A DNA stretch of 64,000 nt from Takakia lepidozioides (taxonomy: Eukaryota; Plantae; Bryophyta), in contig CM060731.1 in assembly GCA_030704615.1 (NCBI GenBank), positions 35,898,001 to 35,962,000 on the forward strand. Direction: 5' to 3'. How positions within the stretch are numbered: the stretch's first letter is position 1; each line of letters begins with the position of its first letter. Shown here piece by piece: positions 1 to 13,300 of the stretch. The translations under genes were made by a program, and so were the position numbers. The notes beneath the pieces were generated by a model. It saw nothing but the letters and a program-made list of their open reading frames with translations. It did no database searches and was not told where the DNA came from.

Positions 1-1249
1 CTTTCTTCAAATCGATCCCCTGCTGCAACAGATATAAATGGAACTACCAGGTTGAGCATTCCAAAAGAGCACAATGTCCTCCAACAAGCTCCCAGTCCTT
101 GTGTCCTACTCTCCGACCCAATATAGATTTGAAGACGATTGCAAAACTCTTCACTCCCTCTTATCATTTATCAAAACCCCCATAAATACATGTGATTGAT
201 TGAGGAATTGGATGTGAGTTCTTCTCTGAGGACATAAGAGGAGAGGGTACAGCTACCCAACCTGATGAGATATGACGCAGCTCCAGTTCTGCATTGAATG
301 CATACTCCAAAGACTTAAGAATTTCTCTGAAGGAGGGCGCCATGATCACCACAACCTAGTGGGTATCCAGGGATTGGAAAGCTCCAAACAATTTGGATTG
401 TGGGCGGATGAAACTCTAGCAGGCAAGTAACAGGTTCCACCCGCAAAAGCTGTGCTTCTAAAGATCACCACGGTCAATTCATAAACCCTTATTTACACGC
501 CAACTTTCGCCTCCCGAACCGGGTATCGCTGGTCAAGCTGCCTTGTGGTTACCTGCAGCAGCTCCGCTCCAAACTTCATGCCAGCACCCTGCGCAGATGT
601 TGCACTTGGAAGTTATACAATCCTTCTAGAGTGATTGTTCGACTTCCACCCAATGTCAATCCCTGGAGCTGCTCTTGAAGCCGATTATTGATCATGACCC
701 AGTAGGCGTGAACTTCTTGTCCACTCCCTACCTCCGATCGATACTTCGGAGGCAAAACAATAGGATTCGAAATAGGACTCTACTCTACTAGGAAACACCG
801 AGCAATCCTCTTTTCCTTTTCAGACACGGACCCCATTCGAGACTGAAGAGCCCGTATTGGAAAAACTTCCCGTTATTTTAAAACACTCTCATTCCTAGAT
901 CCAAGAAAAACCCTATATTAAGCCATGCGCAGTTAGGGGTGACATGACAGGGTTTAGTGGCTCCTAAATTACTTCGTCCTTCTTCTCACTTCCTCCTCTC
1001 TAGGAAACTAGATTGTCTGCTCCTTAGGTCCTTAAGCTTGCTGTGGATTCATATCTTTCTGAGAAACTCTTTATAATTCTGTCTCTCTGCCTGTGTTGTC
1101 TTACTTTGTTTCTTGGGGATCTTTTCCAGGGAAGAGGAAAACCAAAACCTCCAAAAACCTTCCAGGATATACGATAGATCATGAGCGCTTTGGTCTTTTC
1201 TTCTTCTCTCTATTCTCTTACTGTTATTTTCATTATCTCTGAAAATCAG

Positions 1250-3050
1250 CGGTTATAGTACAAGGCGTCATTGGCACAACCACTGCAAATGTTTGGATTT
1301 AGTAGGAGCCCCTCGCCTGACCACGACGACAAGGACGATCCCATTGAATGGCTTTCCATTGTGACTGCCATTTCTCTTGAATTGAAGCACAAGTGTGGGA
1401 CGAACGTTGAACTTGCCACAAGCACCAAAACTGCAAAACAAGAAAGCAAATCGCCGAAATCATATGATCTTACAGTCATGAGACAAAAACGAAGATTGTC
1501 GAGAGATGAAGCTGATGTTACTGGAAGATCACGACCACGAGCATTCTCAAATTGGTACTAACATCATTATGTTAATTCATAACAACATTCTCTCCCTGAA
1601 TAAAATTTTCCAATTCGAATTTGCAGTTAGAGATAGAGTTGCTGTAACTTTGTCATAACGATCAGAAGATTGTGCAGGACAGGAATTGTAAGTGCAGTCA
1701 GATAGTGACCCCAAAGTCTACACTTACTGGGATATTGACTTGTACAGGGATGACGAGGGCCGTGGTGAATACAAAACATGGCGCCAGAAGAGATGGGCCT
1801 TAATTACAAGCAAGGATCCTGTGGAAGAAAAATCATATGGTCCATTTCAGTCTCCGGCCGAGCTTCAGGACTTTCACAACGACCTAGTAGGCTTTTTGGG
1901 TAGTGGGAACTCCATGCCATGGGTGGAGCTCGTGGAGGCTGTCCGGGTGAAGGCGTTGTTGGTTCATGTGGGCACATCCCATGAGGCTGCAGAAGCTTGG
2001 GAATTCGGCAGGACAGAAGCCATCGCTGCTGTGGTGGCGAAAGCGTGGGCTCAAGACATAAGGACCAAGGTACGTGCTCAACACCTTCGCTACACTATAC
2101 ACTAAACACCCATGCATCTGTTTGACTACATTCCATTCTGATCACAAACAATTCCTGTTAACCCAACCACAATGTCATTCTGGTGTCTGGTTTTTAACCT
2201 CAGTTAATTCTCTGTGGTGAAGTCTGATGGAGATGGTTCCTGAAGCAAAATTAGAGAAAATAAAATTCCCAACACTGGCCCTGGCTTTCACTGTGGTCAA
2301 ATTTAAAGGATAGTTTTTTCCATTTTATAAGAATGAGTGGGATCCGGGAGGCCTATCCCAGGTAGGTAGAGTAGCCTGAAACCATCTCTTTAAATCTCCT
2401 ACATATGACCAGTTGCGAACTTCTAGATTCCATGGATGTAGCCATAGCAAAACTGGAAGGAGTTTTTGGGCTGCACATCCTTGACTCACCTTCAGCAACC
2501 AGTCCAAATGCCACCACAAAGAAACTTCAAGAATACCAACTCTGAGAATTGTGAAAATTTGTGGGAGAGCCCCAATTCTCAGAGTCTTTGTAATGAAGAA
2601 TGTGCTCCCAAAAAAGAATTGGAAACATAAAATTGCTGGGATTTTTCTTTGCACTACTCTGGATTTTTCTGAAATGTTTTGTTAGGGGGCCAAGTTAGTT
2701 CCAGTCAGTTTCCATGGGTAGTAGTTTTCTGAAAGTTATAGGCCTTTCCAGGGCTGAAGGTCCAGTATTTTTAGCAATTTTGTGAAAAAGTGCTTGGGAC
2801 ATTAGGGGTGCAATGATGTTTCATGCATTTCAGCTCTAATCAGGAGTCGTGTCACTTGAGGGATTGAACAGGAGGCAAGTCGGATGGGGTTCAAGCAAGC
2901 CAGCCAGGGAGTCAAGTTGTGGAGGCAGAATGAGTTTGCCTCCGATTTCGAGGGGATGTGGGAAGCCACTGGAATGACAAGGTTGAGGAATGCAATAGAC
3001 GAATATGAGTATAAAGCAATGCTCATGCGTAAGAAGTTCCTGTAATCCAG
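1250..3050 (+). pseudogene. Degenerate coding-like fragments of unknown identity
   Basis: ORFs 1271-1561 and 1692-2105 and a stretch at ~2835-3040 (IEQEASRMGFKQASQGVKLWRQNEFASDFEGMWEATGMTRLRNAIDEYEY) look protein-like. They are broken by stops and frameshifts and I recognise no family motif. Confidence 0.25.
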
Positions 3051-4016
3051 CTATTTTCACAAGGAGCAGTTGCTGTCTGCTTTATGCTCCCACACCAGAA
3101 GGACCGTGACTTCGAACTGAATACTTTCAAAGAGGCAAGTCCATCATGGATTGCTTTTCTCATGACTTTGAAATGTTACATTAGATAGACTACACATGAT
3201 CATGTCAGTGACCAATGACAAAAACTGCAAACTCGACATTGAATAGGTAGCCTCAGGCCACATTCAGCTCAGTCGTTTTGATTTGTTCTGGCATTTCAGT
3301 CCTTGACCACTTGGTCAGGCAAAAGTGAAAGTGACTTCATTGGATCACATCTAAAGTTCAAAAAAATCAACCCAAGTGTTTTCTTCACAGTACAAGAATA
3401 TACAGTGGTGTAAAGGTTCCAGCTAATATCATCTTGATCTAGAGAAAACCTCAAGGCACTGATCGATGTGGGAGTTGACCTCAGCATTGGATGTGTCTGC
3501 GGGTATGACACTCAGGCAGATACAGCATGTAGCTGCACACCAACCCCACTTTGCAATGTCAGTCACCCAGTTGTTATCAATGTAAACAATTAGAACCTAA
3601 GACTAGTTCTTCACAATATCTTTAACAAACTAAGGGGAAAGAGCAAAACTTCATAAGATTTTTCTGACAGTGATGGCTGGATGACAGCTGTGACTCCAGA
3701 AGAGCAACAGTGGCCACTCCTAAATTCTCTATAGCTGTGGAGAATACACTGGGGAGAAGATGATGAAGAATTACATCCACAGGTAGGAAAACTATAGAGA
3801 CTCTTTCAGAATACCTCCATACGAATGAAATTCCTATCACTTCCCGAAAATTTGACCTGACCGGTTGCTACGTTTACCGAGGAGGTGCCCGAACAGAAGT
3901 ACGGTTGTCTGGTAGTCAAAACAGCTGTTTAGGACAATCTGTCCTATCCCTTAATCTAGCAAGCAAATTGGTCATAAAGATTGACAACTACGGAACCATC
4001 ATAAGAGCATGATTGT

Positions 4017-7000
4017 CTAGGCAAACCTCTCATATGATAACGTTATCATGAGCATAGTTGATAGTAAACCTTTGATTGATCCTCCTCTACCCCGCCTCCC
4101 TTCGTGGGTGTCAAAATGCGCTCTCCTGCTGTCTGATTTGCCCACAGAGGTCTTCTCCTGTTGCTCTCCCCTCCTCCTGCAGATCAGTGCTTCTCCTGGC
4201 CCAAGACTCCCCTTCACTGGTTCTGTTCTTTCATTCATTCTTCCCTTGGCCTTCCCATCATCCATCGGTGGCATGTCTCCTGCTGCAGGCCACTGACTGA
4301 TGACACTTCCAAAGCTACCAGCCGGATCTATGCTACTCGTCTCCGACCCACTAGTGGTTCCAGCACCCCCATCTCTCTCATTGATGGCTTCGCCTTCGTG
4401 TAAAGGACAGTCATGCTGCACTGACACTTGCAGCAGGTGAACACTAATCTCTTTCTTACAGCTTGAGGATTCAATCATCTGTTGGCCCCCATTGGAACTC
4501 TTCTGTACAGAATAGTCATGCGGTCCCAAAATTGCCAGCTGATCAGGAGTCTCCAGATCACCTTCTTCTTTCTCATCACTCAGATCAATCACTTTCTGAT
4601 TGCTTCTCATGGCAAAATTATTAGGGTCCCCCACCTGCTCATTACAAACCTGGTCACCGAAGATAGGGGGTTGTGTTGGTCCACTCAACTGGGATGACTC
4701 CTTTCCACTCCTGTCAAGTAGCAACTCAACCCATCAGTCAAGAGAACGTAAAATAAGCGAATGAAGAAATGAAAATAGATGTATACATACCCATCAAATT
4801 TTGGCAGGCTGCTGTGGAGCTGGTTTGGATTGTCCACCAAGTTGCTGAGGCCTCCACCCGTGGTTGCAACTCTGTCATTAACACTGGTAGCCTTAGCTCT
4901 CACAGTTGCAGGCCTCCAGCCCTCACGCCCATCTTCATCATCATCAACTATGATGATGGCATCTGCATGTCCTTGAAAACAAGAGACTGTCCTCTTACAG
5001 ACATCTTTCTTGTCCTCTTCAACCTTGACCTTGACCACCGTGCAGATGTTCGTCCCATTTGATAGAGCAGTTAAGGCATTTGAGGTTCTAGCCCCCTCCT
5101 CTAAATTTGTGGGAATATCCTCATCTTGAACCGAAGGATCAGATGGATCTATCTTTCCCTCAACTGTGGCCACCACTTGTTTGCTCTCAACCCCCAAGAT
5201 TTCATCTTCTTCATCATCAGGATAATCAACTAGGATGATGGGGTCTCTGTGAGCCAAACTACCAGACGCTGTTCTCTTCAAGCTCTTTTCTCCATGAGCA
5301 TTGGCCACCATGCAGGTACTTGTATGATGTGGATGACAGGGTGACTGATTTGAGGTTGTAACCTCCTCTGGACTTGTGGTGGTACCCTCAGATACTTCTA
5401 CAGCCATAATTTCCTCACCTTGATCTGGAGAATCAGACGGATCTGCCTGCTGCTCAGCCACGGCCAGCACTTGGCTTCTGCCAACATGGGATTCAAACCC
5501 TGCATCTGCTTGCTCTTCTGTCCTCTTTGTGAGCAACATTTGTCTCTCCAATTTCCTGCGTTCATCCCTCTTGTTATTCAGAGCCTCTATCCCTTCATCA
5601 TCTTCCTGGTCTGCGAATGTACACCAGCCTTTCCAGGCGAGGATTACTACAGGCTCCCTGGCTTTCTTTGCACCTCTTGTTGACCCTTCTGACCTTCGTC
5701 GCTTCCTCCAGCTCACGTCATTTGCCTGTGGCAAAGCCACAGGCTCACTTGTTGGGGTGTCGGTCTCCTGTTTCCTTTGTCTCAAGACCCTCTTTCTTTC
5801 AACACAAGATGAACCCATCATTGCTAAAGCACCATGTGCCTTAACTGAATCCTCTCCTTTTCGCACATTGCACTCCACTTCCAGACTCTGTTTGTCAGGA
5901 CACTTATCATCCAGAGTGGATCTTTTGCTGTCAGAGACTTGGTCCCTTACAGACAACTTCTCTGGGCTCACAACTTCTCTGGCTGAGTCACTAATAGAAC
6001 TTCCGGTCCCTTTCTTCGGGGTGCCTCCACTTGCAACAATGGAAGGGCGCTTCTTGCCAACAGTTGTTGGCACACTGCCTGATGTTTGAAGTAACTCCTT
6101 ATCTCCAATGTCTACAAAACAGAAGAGCTATGTTGTAACTTCCAGAGAGTGCCAGTATGGCATCCAGGTCACCTGGTTGAATTAAACTCAACTCGGGTTG
6201 GATTGGCAATAGACCTTACCATGTAAGGCCCCTAGAGATATTATGATATTAACAGCACCCAGGTAAAACTTGGCATCGCTGAGTTGGAGAGCAACACACC
6301 AGAGTTTTTTCGGCGTGGTTTGCGCCGATCCACATACCCTTCCGGTTCTGCACACTTGATGTAGTCTCCTCCACATGTGACTGCATGGCTGCAAGAACCA
6401 ATTGACCCCATCAGGTTACATCCCAGTCCATCTAATGAAACTTCAGTACCCACACAGTATTGGCCAGCGCCACAATCAAAGAGGACACACCATGAAGTGT
6501 CATAGATAAGACATAATGTTTGAACGGATTATACCAATCCACCAGGCATAATAGATCCAAACCTGAAATACAAACAGAGATGTAAACTGCAAAATAACAT
6601 GGCATTCTTGCAAAGATAAAGTAAAGAGGAAGGTCCTGGAGGGCAAAACCCACGTGTGCCAGTGGCAGTTCGGCCCAGCACAAGACTGGCCAGCAGATAT
6701 TGCAGCCCTGCCCCTCTTACAGTCAGCTGATGACGGGGGATAATTCCTCACCCTCTTCACTAAATCCCCACACTGCCCACACTGCCACACCAAGTAGAGC
6801 CACTCCATTACATCAGGATCCATTGCATGAGAATTTGCACTGCATGCAACTCCATTGATCCCTACATATCAACAGTACATTCAACTTTTGCACTAAATGT
6901 CCAGCTCTAATAAGCCTGTTTGTTGCACAAACACAGGATTGAGGTCAGTCACTGATAGGAGTCGCCACCAACAGGCTCGTGAACCACCAGGAACATATGC

Positions 7001-8531
7001 AAATAGGAAATAGCTCCCTTACCATCCATTGATGTTTGTACCAGCTGTCCACCTCATCCTTGATGCTACTGATCTTATAGCCATCTGCAGGCCTCTGCAC
7101 CTAGCCAGGAGCGCTTTTGCACATGAGTCTCTTGAAGAAATTTTGCCTAGTGGAATACTCGTATGCAAAATGTATTCATTGCCACATTTACATCAGTCTA
7201 TCATTGAAGTTCCTTGCAACAGGTGCAGATAGAATGTACTCATAACATATTGTTTGCCAAAGCCTTCTGACCACAGCCCAGTTTGGGCACAAAAGGACAG
7301 CTGCAGATAGAGAGGGTGTGTATGAAATGGGGTGTAAAACACTGGCAACAGAGGAAGAACAACTATAGTTCGTAGTGCCACTTTTGAGCAAACACTCAAT
7401 TAGAGATACAGGCCATCTTTGGATCGAACAAGAGAGAGGGAGATTGACCTGAGGGTCAGGGGTTGTACATCCATTTATCTGTATCACCAATTGCTGAAAA
7501 GAATCACCATGAGCACTGTCCCACAAACGGCAGGGAGAAACATATAATTATCAGAGGCAGTATTATGCCACAAAGAGAAAGAAATCTCCTGCCAGTACAC
7601 AGAAGGTCCAACCCACAATTGTGGTAGTATTGCTGCCCAATGGAGAAAATCTGCTGTACTTGCTGGCAGATCCCAGTTGATAGATGAGTTTGATGCCTAT
7701 GGACATATGGACAGGGCCCAAGGACTGCCAGGTGGAAGTATGGAAAAGGGACAACAGACTGTTATAAGTGAAAACACAAGAGCTCCTACTTGTGGTTCTC
7801 ACTGCCACTGGTGATAAAGACGTAAGCACGGATCATCTCGTGCAGCAATATATTCTTCAAGTGTGAGGCTGGCTGGCCCTTGAGAAGGCGTTCCAGCAGC
7901 TTGATCTCACACCCACCATCCGAGTTGCATTTACATTCGCCTGCACATCTGCACCACACAATATCCTGAGTTTACACTCTGCCCTATGAACTCAGGCAGC
8001 ATGACAGAGTATAAAACTCCGATGGTTCAAGCTCCCCATTGCAAGCTGCTAGATGTGTGCCAAACAGAAATAACTATTGAGTTTGGCATCCACAAACAGC
8101 CTTGGCAGGTGTTACTGAATTGCACTCAATCATCTACAATCCCTCAACAAAACAAAGCTAATCAACTAGTGCGTCCTTACAGCTTCTTTACAATCTGACT
8201 TCCTGCTGATGACAATGTGCCACGCTAGCTATCGATCCCCGAGGTCGTGTTGGACCATCGTAAAAATGAAGTACTTCAGAATGGTGTATATTCACATCAA
8301 GTTGACAGTCAAATATCCCATCAAACATCTCTTGTCTTCTACGACACTCATCAAAATGACCCACAATTACAGAGAAAGGTGGAGGCCTACGCACAACGCG
8401 ACCCGCGACCTGCTCCACTCCACTGTGCACGCCCCGAGGTGTCCCTGGAAGTACAAGTCATTGTAGTGCGTAAAAAGCTCATGGATGTCTGGTTGCGGCT
8501 CAGTTAACTCAGCCTCCTCCCCCTCTACCAT
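4017..8531 (-). CDS. SprT-like / Spartan (SPRTN/DVC1)-family protein with a long acidic C-terminus; HExxH altered to HEMIR
   Basis: Phase-consistent GT-AG exons: 8531-8395, 7948-7790, 7515-7449, 7094-7023, 6781-6654, 6388-6300, 6111-4791 and 4710-~4017 (3' end uncertain). Spliced protein: EPQPDIHELFTHYNDLYFQGHLGACTVEWSRSRVALCAGEC...LLHEMIRAYVF...AHGDSF...IN...WMCGQCGDLVKR...HAVTCGGDYIKCAEPEGY. This is collinear with the SPRTN SprT protease and Zn-binding subdomains. Confidence 0.88.
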
Positions 8532-9401
8532 TTGGTCTTGTTCCGAAATTCCGGGTCCTCTATGTCACCCACTTCAGCGATGATCAATCCAATATCTTCA
8601 AACGGACCCGAAGCAACACAATTCGCGGTTCTAAAATGCGTTCTCCAGACAAGTGCCAGAGGGACCACAAATCTTCTCCCTATCGAACGCCCACAAATCA
8701 CAAAACTTCTTCCTCAGCTCCGACAACCATTCCAATCTCACTCTCTGCTCCCACTGCCGAGTCAAGCCCACCCCCTTAAACCCCCTTAAACCTTGATTGG
8801 CTTCAAGGCTCAGTGTTAGTGTCGGCCTTCATCATCCATCCGCAAAAAACCTTAGCACCTCAAGACTTCAGCTTTCACCCTCCATAGCCACAAGCTCCCA
8901 TCTCACACACATAACCATATTCCACCGCATTTCCTTGTCTCTCTCCATCTCTCCCTCTCTCTCCCAATTCATGCTTCCTCGCACGCCCTTCTACAACATT
9001 TCACGACACAAATCTCGACATGAAATGCATCCCAGGTTGAAGCGGAAAGAAGGAGAAGACACAACGTCCTCACATACGTGGGTTCGACTCCGCATACCGT
9101 CATTCAGTCTCCGTCTCCGAGCTATCCTTGCGCAACTTCTTTTCCTTTCATAGTCCGCGGTTGCGATGCGTCCATACTGTCAATCTGACGGCTCTACGAG
9201 CCTCGATCCGGGTGCGGTAAGGACCGCCAATATTCGTCAACCTCGTATCCGTTACGTCTGACGTCTTGTATCCTTTATGCCAACAATCCCACTGTATACA
9301 TAACCATGATAACTAACGTATCCCAGTTAGGGCTGACAGGGGCCATGGGATCCAATGTTCCAGAGTGCTGGGCCCAGCCTAGGAAGGAGAAGAGTGGGTC
9401 C

Positions 9402-9703
9402 ATGGAAGGAGAAGAAGGTCAGTGTTCACTAGTCTGATCTTCATTCCATGCTGCTCTTGGTGTATGGAAGGAGAAGAAGGTCAGTGTTCACTAGTCTGAT
9501 CTCCATTCCATGCTGCTCTTGGTGTATGGAAGGAGAAGGTCAGTGTTCACTAGTCTGATCTCCACTCCATGCTGTTCCTGGTGTATGGAAGGAGAAGCAG
9601 GTCAGTGTTCTCCATTCCATGCTGCTCTTGGTGTATGGAAGGAGAAGCAGGTCAGAGTTCACAAGTCTGATCTCCATTCCATGCTGCTCCTGGTATGGAA
9701 GGA
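9402..9703. repeat. Tandem minisatellite, ~5 units of ~50-62 bp
   Basis: The unit ATGGAAGGAGAAGAAGGTCAGTGTTCACTAGTCTGATCTCCATTCCATGCTGCTCTTGGTGT is repeated with small indels. Confidence 0.9.
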
Positions 9704-10329
9704 CATTCCAGTCTGTGCTTGGAGGCGAACAGCTAATTATACTACTGGTGTGGCTTCAATTCAAACAGAATCTGTGACACCCGGAATTTCAACTGTTTCG
9801 CATGGATGCCAATGATCAGCTAGACATACTTTGAGACTTATCTCGTCTCCCTTGTGTAGCTTGGGAGTGCAAAGATGGGGGTGTTGATGGGAGAAATGTG
9901 AGGCCGTGAAAGCAAACTCTCAAGCGGGACCAATTTAGTGAGAAAGATGAAGTGATAAAATGTGGAGCAATCAGCTTATCCCAAATAGCATCCTTTTCCT
10001 CCGAGTATGAAGGAAAGCACCTTATTACTTCCGACTGGAGGACTACCTCAACCTACTTGCAACTGAACTAGTCTGGTCCTTGACTAGTCTTCAACCCCAA
10101 CCAAGTGGTCTGGAACTTGCATATTCCCATACTCTCAAGTTTTTAACAACTAAAATGCAAGAGCCAGGTATCAAAACCATACCACAAATTGCAAAACAGT
10201 GAGTAGATAGATTGATGTTTCTTTGGCTTCCATTGAGTCCAACATGTAATTGGGATACATTCAAGGAGATAGTAACTCTGAGAAGAAGGGACGGGCAGAG
10301 AAACATGGTGGGAAATTTATCCGATGCTA

Positions 10330-13300
10330 TCACCAATACTCTTCCTCTTGGTTGAGACGTTGAAACAACATCACGGTGCAAAGCAGAACAAAAAATGCTG
10401 AAAACTCAATCATCATGGCACCAAACTGTATGAGCCCCGCATGGTGCAGGATGGCTGGGATAGCAATGCTTCCCACTGCTGAAAACCCTGTCAAAAACAT
10501 AGCTGCATCTGACCAGCTGTACCATCGGACACAATAAATACGTCAGAACCTGAATTCGTCAATTAGCCACTAATACAACATTGTCACAGCTTGGACCTGT
10601 TATCAAACCAAAAGCATTCCTTCTGCAAGTGTGAGACAGGGAGCCCCTAGACAGATGGCAAAGCTCCTGGGTTACTCCATCAGTGATGAGACCGACTGGT
10701 ACTCAGCCTTCTGCTGGTCCAGCACAAATTAGCTCAGTTAGATGAAGAATAATACTACAGCAGTTTCTTTGGAACAAATCTGACCGAGGCAACACGCAGA
10801 CCGAAAATGGAATGAGACGTGTAGCTTATTCGAATGGTCTAAGCATTCTGGACACCAAGATTCAGGTCATGTTCTTGCTAGCCAAAGGAGGCAAAGCTTC
10901 AAGAAGTAAAACATTGGCATCTGCACCACTAGCTGCCCTCCCTAAGATGGGCTGCTCAAAGGATAGCATGAACGGTTGGCGGGCCACTTTGGTAGGTATG
11001 GAGTAACATCAGACCTTAGCTCATTGAAATTCGGGCTTACAGCTATGTCAGGGCAGGAAACGCTGGATCATCCAGGACAAAAAGCGGCCGGAGTGGTTTG
11101 TTACAATCAGTTACCCCATGGACCTCTACCCGAGCAACACAGAAACTGGGACAAATTGCTCAGAACTATTCCACATTATTAGACAAACACTTTAAGATGT
11201 AGTGGCTTGGGTGCTGCTGCGGTCTTCATTATCGGTTTCAGGCCATCATCTACATGATGCAAGCTGCCAAAGATGGCTTGCACTGGCAAATTCATGTGCC
11301 TGCCCACAACACTTCAAGCTTGAAAGTCCCCACCTGGTCCACTTCCCTTGCAAAAGGAAGTAAGAATCTTAATATAGTTTCCATGTAAGGGACTCATCAG
11401 CTGCCAATTACCTGCCCCTGAGGAAATGGTGAGTGGGAATAGTTTCAGAATGAGATTCTCTCAATTGGCAGATGTCCATTTGAAGAACGTGATCCTGTAG
11501 ACTGGTTTTGGAGAACACATACAGCTTGGGAGAGCATTTCAGAAAGGGGGTGACTGAAAACCAAAATTCGCCCCTTTCAAAACCTCTGCCAAGCTCACTT
11601 ACAACATGCAACATAGCTCACCACTCTCTCTGGCAGGACCTTGACTTGGGCAATCTGTTCGGCCATCTGGAAGAGCCTATGATCCCTAGCAAGGCCGAGC
11701 AAAATAAGCACCCATCTTCAGCGAATTTCCACAGCTTCCTGCCACTAAGGTGATGAAGCCGCTCCCTCAGGATCTACAGCAGTTGGATTCCCATACTAAA
11801 TTGTTGCCCTTGACCTCTCTAACCAGAAGTTGGAAATGGCATATCTGGAAAGCATGACAGCCGGGTAATGCAAAACACTAGGGCCAACCAACAGAAATTG
11901 AGTGGAATTTGGTGCCAGGAGAGGGATATTCTGCCACAAGCTCTCGCGAGCACAAACATGGACATGGTCAAGGATGGTGTTTTGTCACAAGCTGGCCAAG
12001 TAAACTCTCTCCAAGGTTAACTTTACCAGGCTTTCTTGATTTTGTAATCTTTGGTGTTCTGTGCCTATTCTGGACGATTCGGCTCATTGTAGGCCCCCTG
12101 CCTCTTCTGCCTTTCAGTACGGCTGTTCTATGAGGCAGTTAGCTTCACCACTCAGAACCGCACTAGGAACTTTCTTCGGTTGTACCTGGATGGCATTTCT
12201 TGACTTGCCAAGGTTGTGATTAAGGTTTCTGGTTGATGAAGTTCGGTCAAGGGTGCCTCCACTTAACACCGCCTCCACCAGAGATAAGAAGGGGTGAGGA
12301 TCTAATGCATCCAAAAAGTAAGGTATGGGCATTCAAAATACCAAAAAGGTAATGTTTGGGTACTCACTCATTGCCATCATTGCCGGCAGAGATGAAGTCC
12401 GTAGAACTTCCACCACCAAAAAACAAGCATGGCATTGGCACCATTACATACATAAGAGCTGCAAGGACAACAGTCATCGTCAATTTAGTACTTCTTGGGG
12501 CTTCTTTAAACAATACCAAGTTGAGGACTCCCCTCACCAAATTGGACTTTTCTCATATCAATGATTTTCTCCTCCCCTCTTTGTTCCTCTTGAGCGTCAC
12601 CCAACAAGAAAGGATACATCCAGTGGGGACAACCACTACGGCATCCCAGTATACAAGACTCCTAAATAAAATTTGGGTGCTCCATCAGAACCTGGTAGGC
12701 AGGTCTATGCCACATTGTTAGGCAGAGGATGGTGAACATGAGATATCACCCTCTCACACTCTAGTGCTTAAGGCTCGCAGGTAGAGTCATACCTGTAAGC
12801 ATAGGCCACCAGTTATTGTACAGAGCACATCCCTGTGTAACAACCCACAGTCTCAAATATGAGCCAGTACAACCAACAATTACTATGGAACTGCGCCCCA
12901 AGCTAATGGTAACGCACTTTACAATGTGAAATGAAGAGAGGAGAAAAGATCACATACCAGGATTTGCAAGAGAATACCCACAGAGAATAAAAACGCCAAT
13001 CCAGCCAGCCTGCATGGGTGCAAGCAATGTGAGAAAACTTCCCAGTTTGCCATGGTGACCCTTCAATCTTCCCCCACCTCTAAAGAATCCTTCTTGCTTG
13101 GCCTGGGCTGGACTAACTCACACTGCTCTTCAAACCACACATTGTCCATGGTTATGATGATGCATCCCCAGAGTCGCCACATGTAATCAAAACACAAACA
13201 CACACCAATGAAACAGGACGTTAGTATCATGTTTAGTTTGTCTGATCTTGCCCTGCCCACAGTTACAAGCAAGGCTGACTGACTGTTTCCGGACAAACAG

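Noticed and set aside
1-830. Possible LINE ORF1 remnant on the minus strand
   Set aside because: No frame gave a recognisable DUF4283 or zinc-knuckle motif; too degenerate to call.
1265-1375. HWHNHCKCLDLVGAP...EW..CDC resembling the second half of a PHD finger
   Set aside because: It needs two frameshifts and the first four cysteines are not visible.
9402-9703. CRISPR-like array
   Set aside because: Units are contiguous with no unique spacers, the context is eukaryotic, and there are no cas genes.
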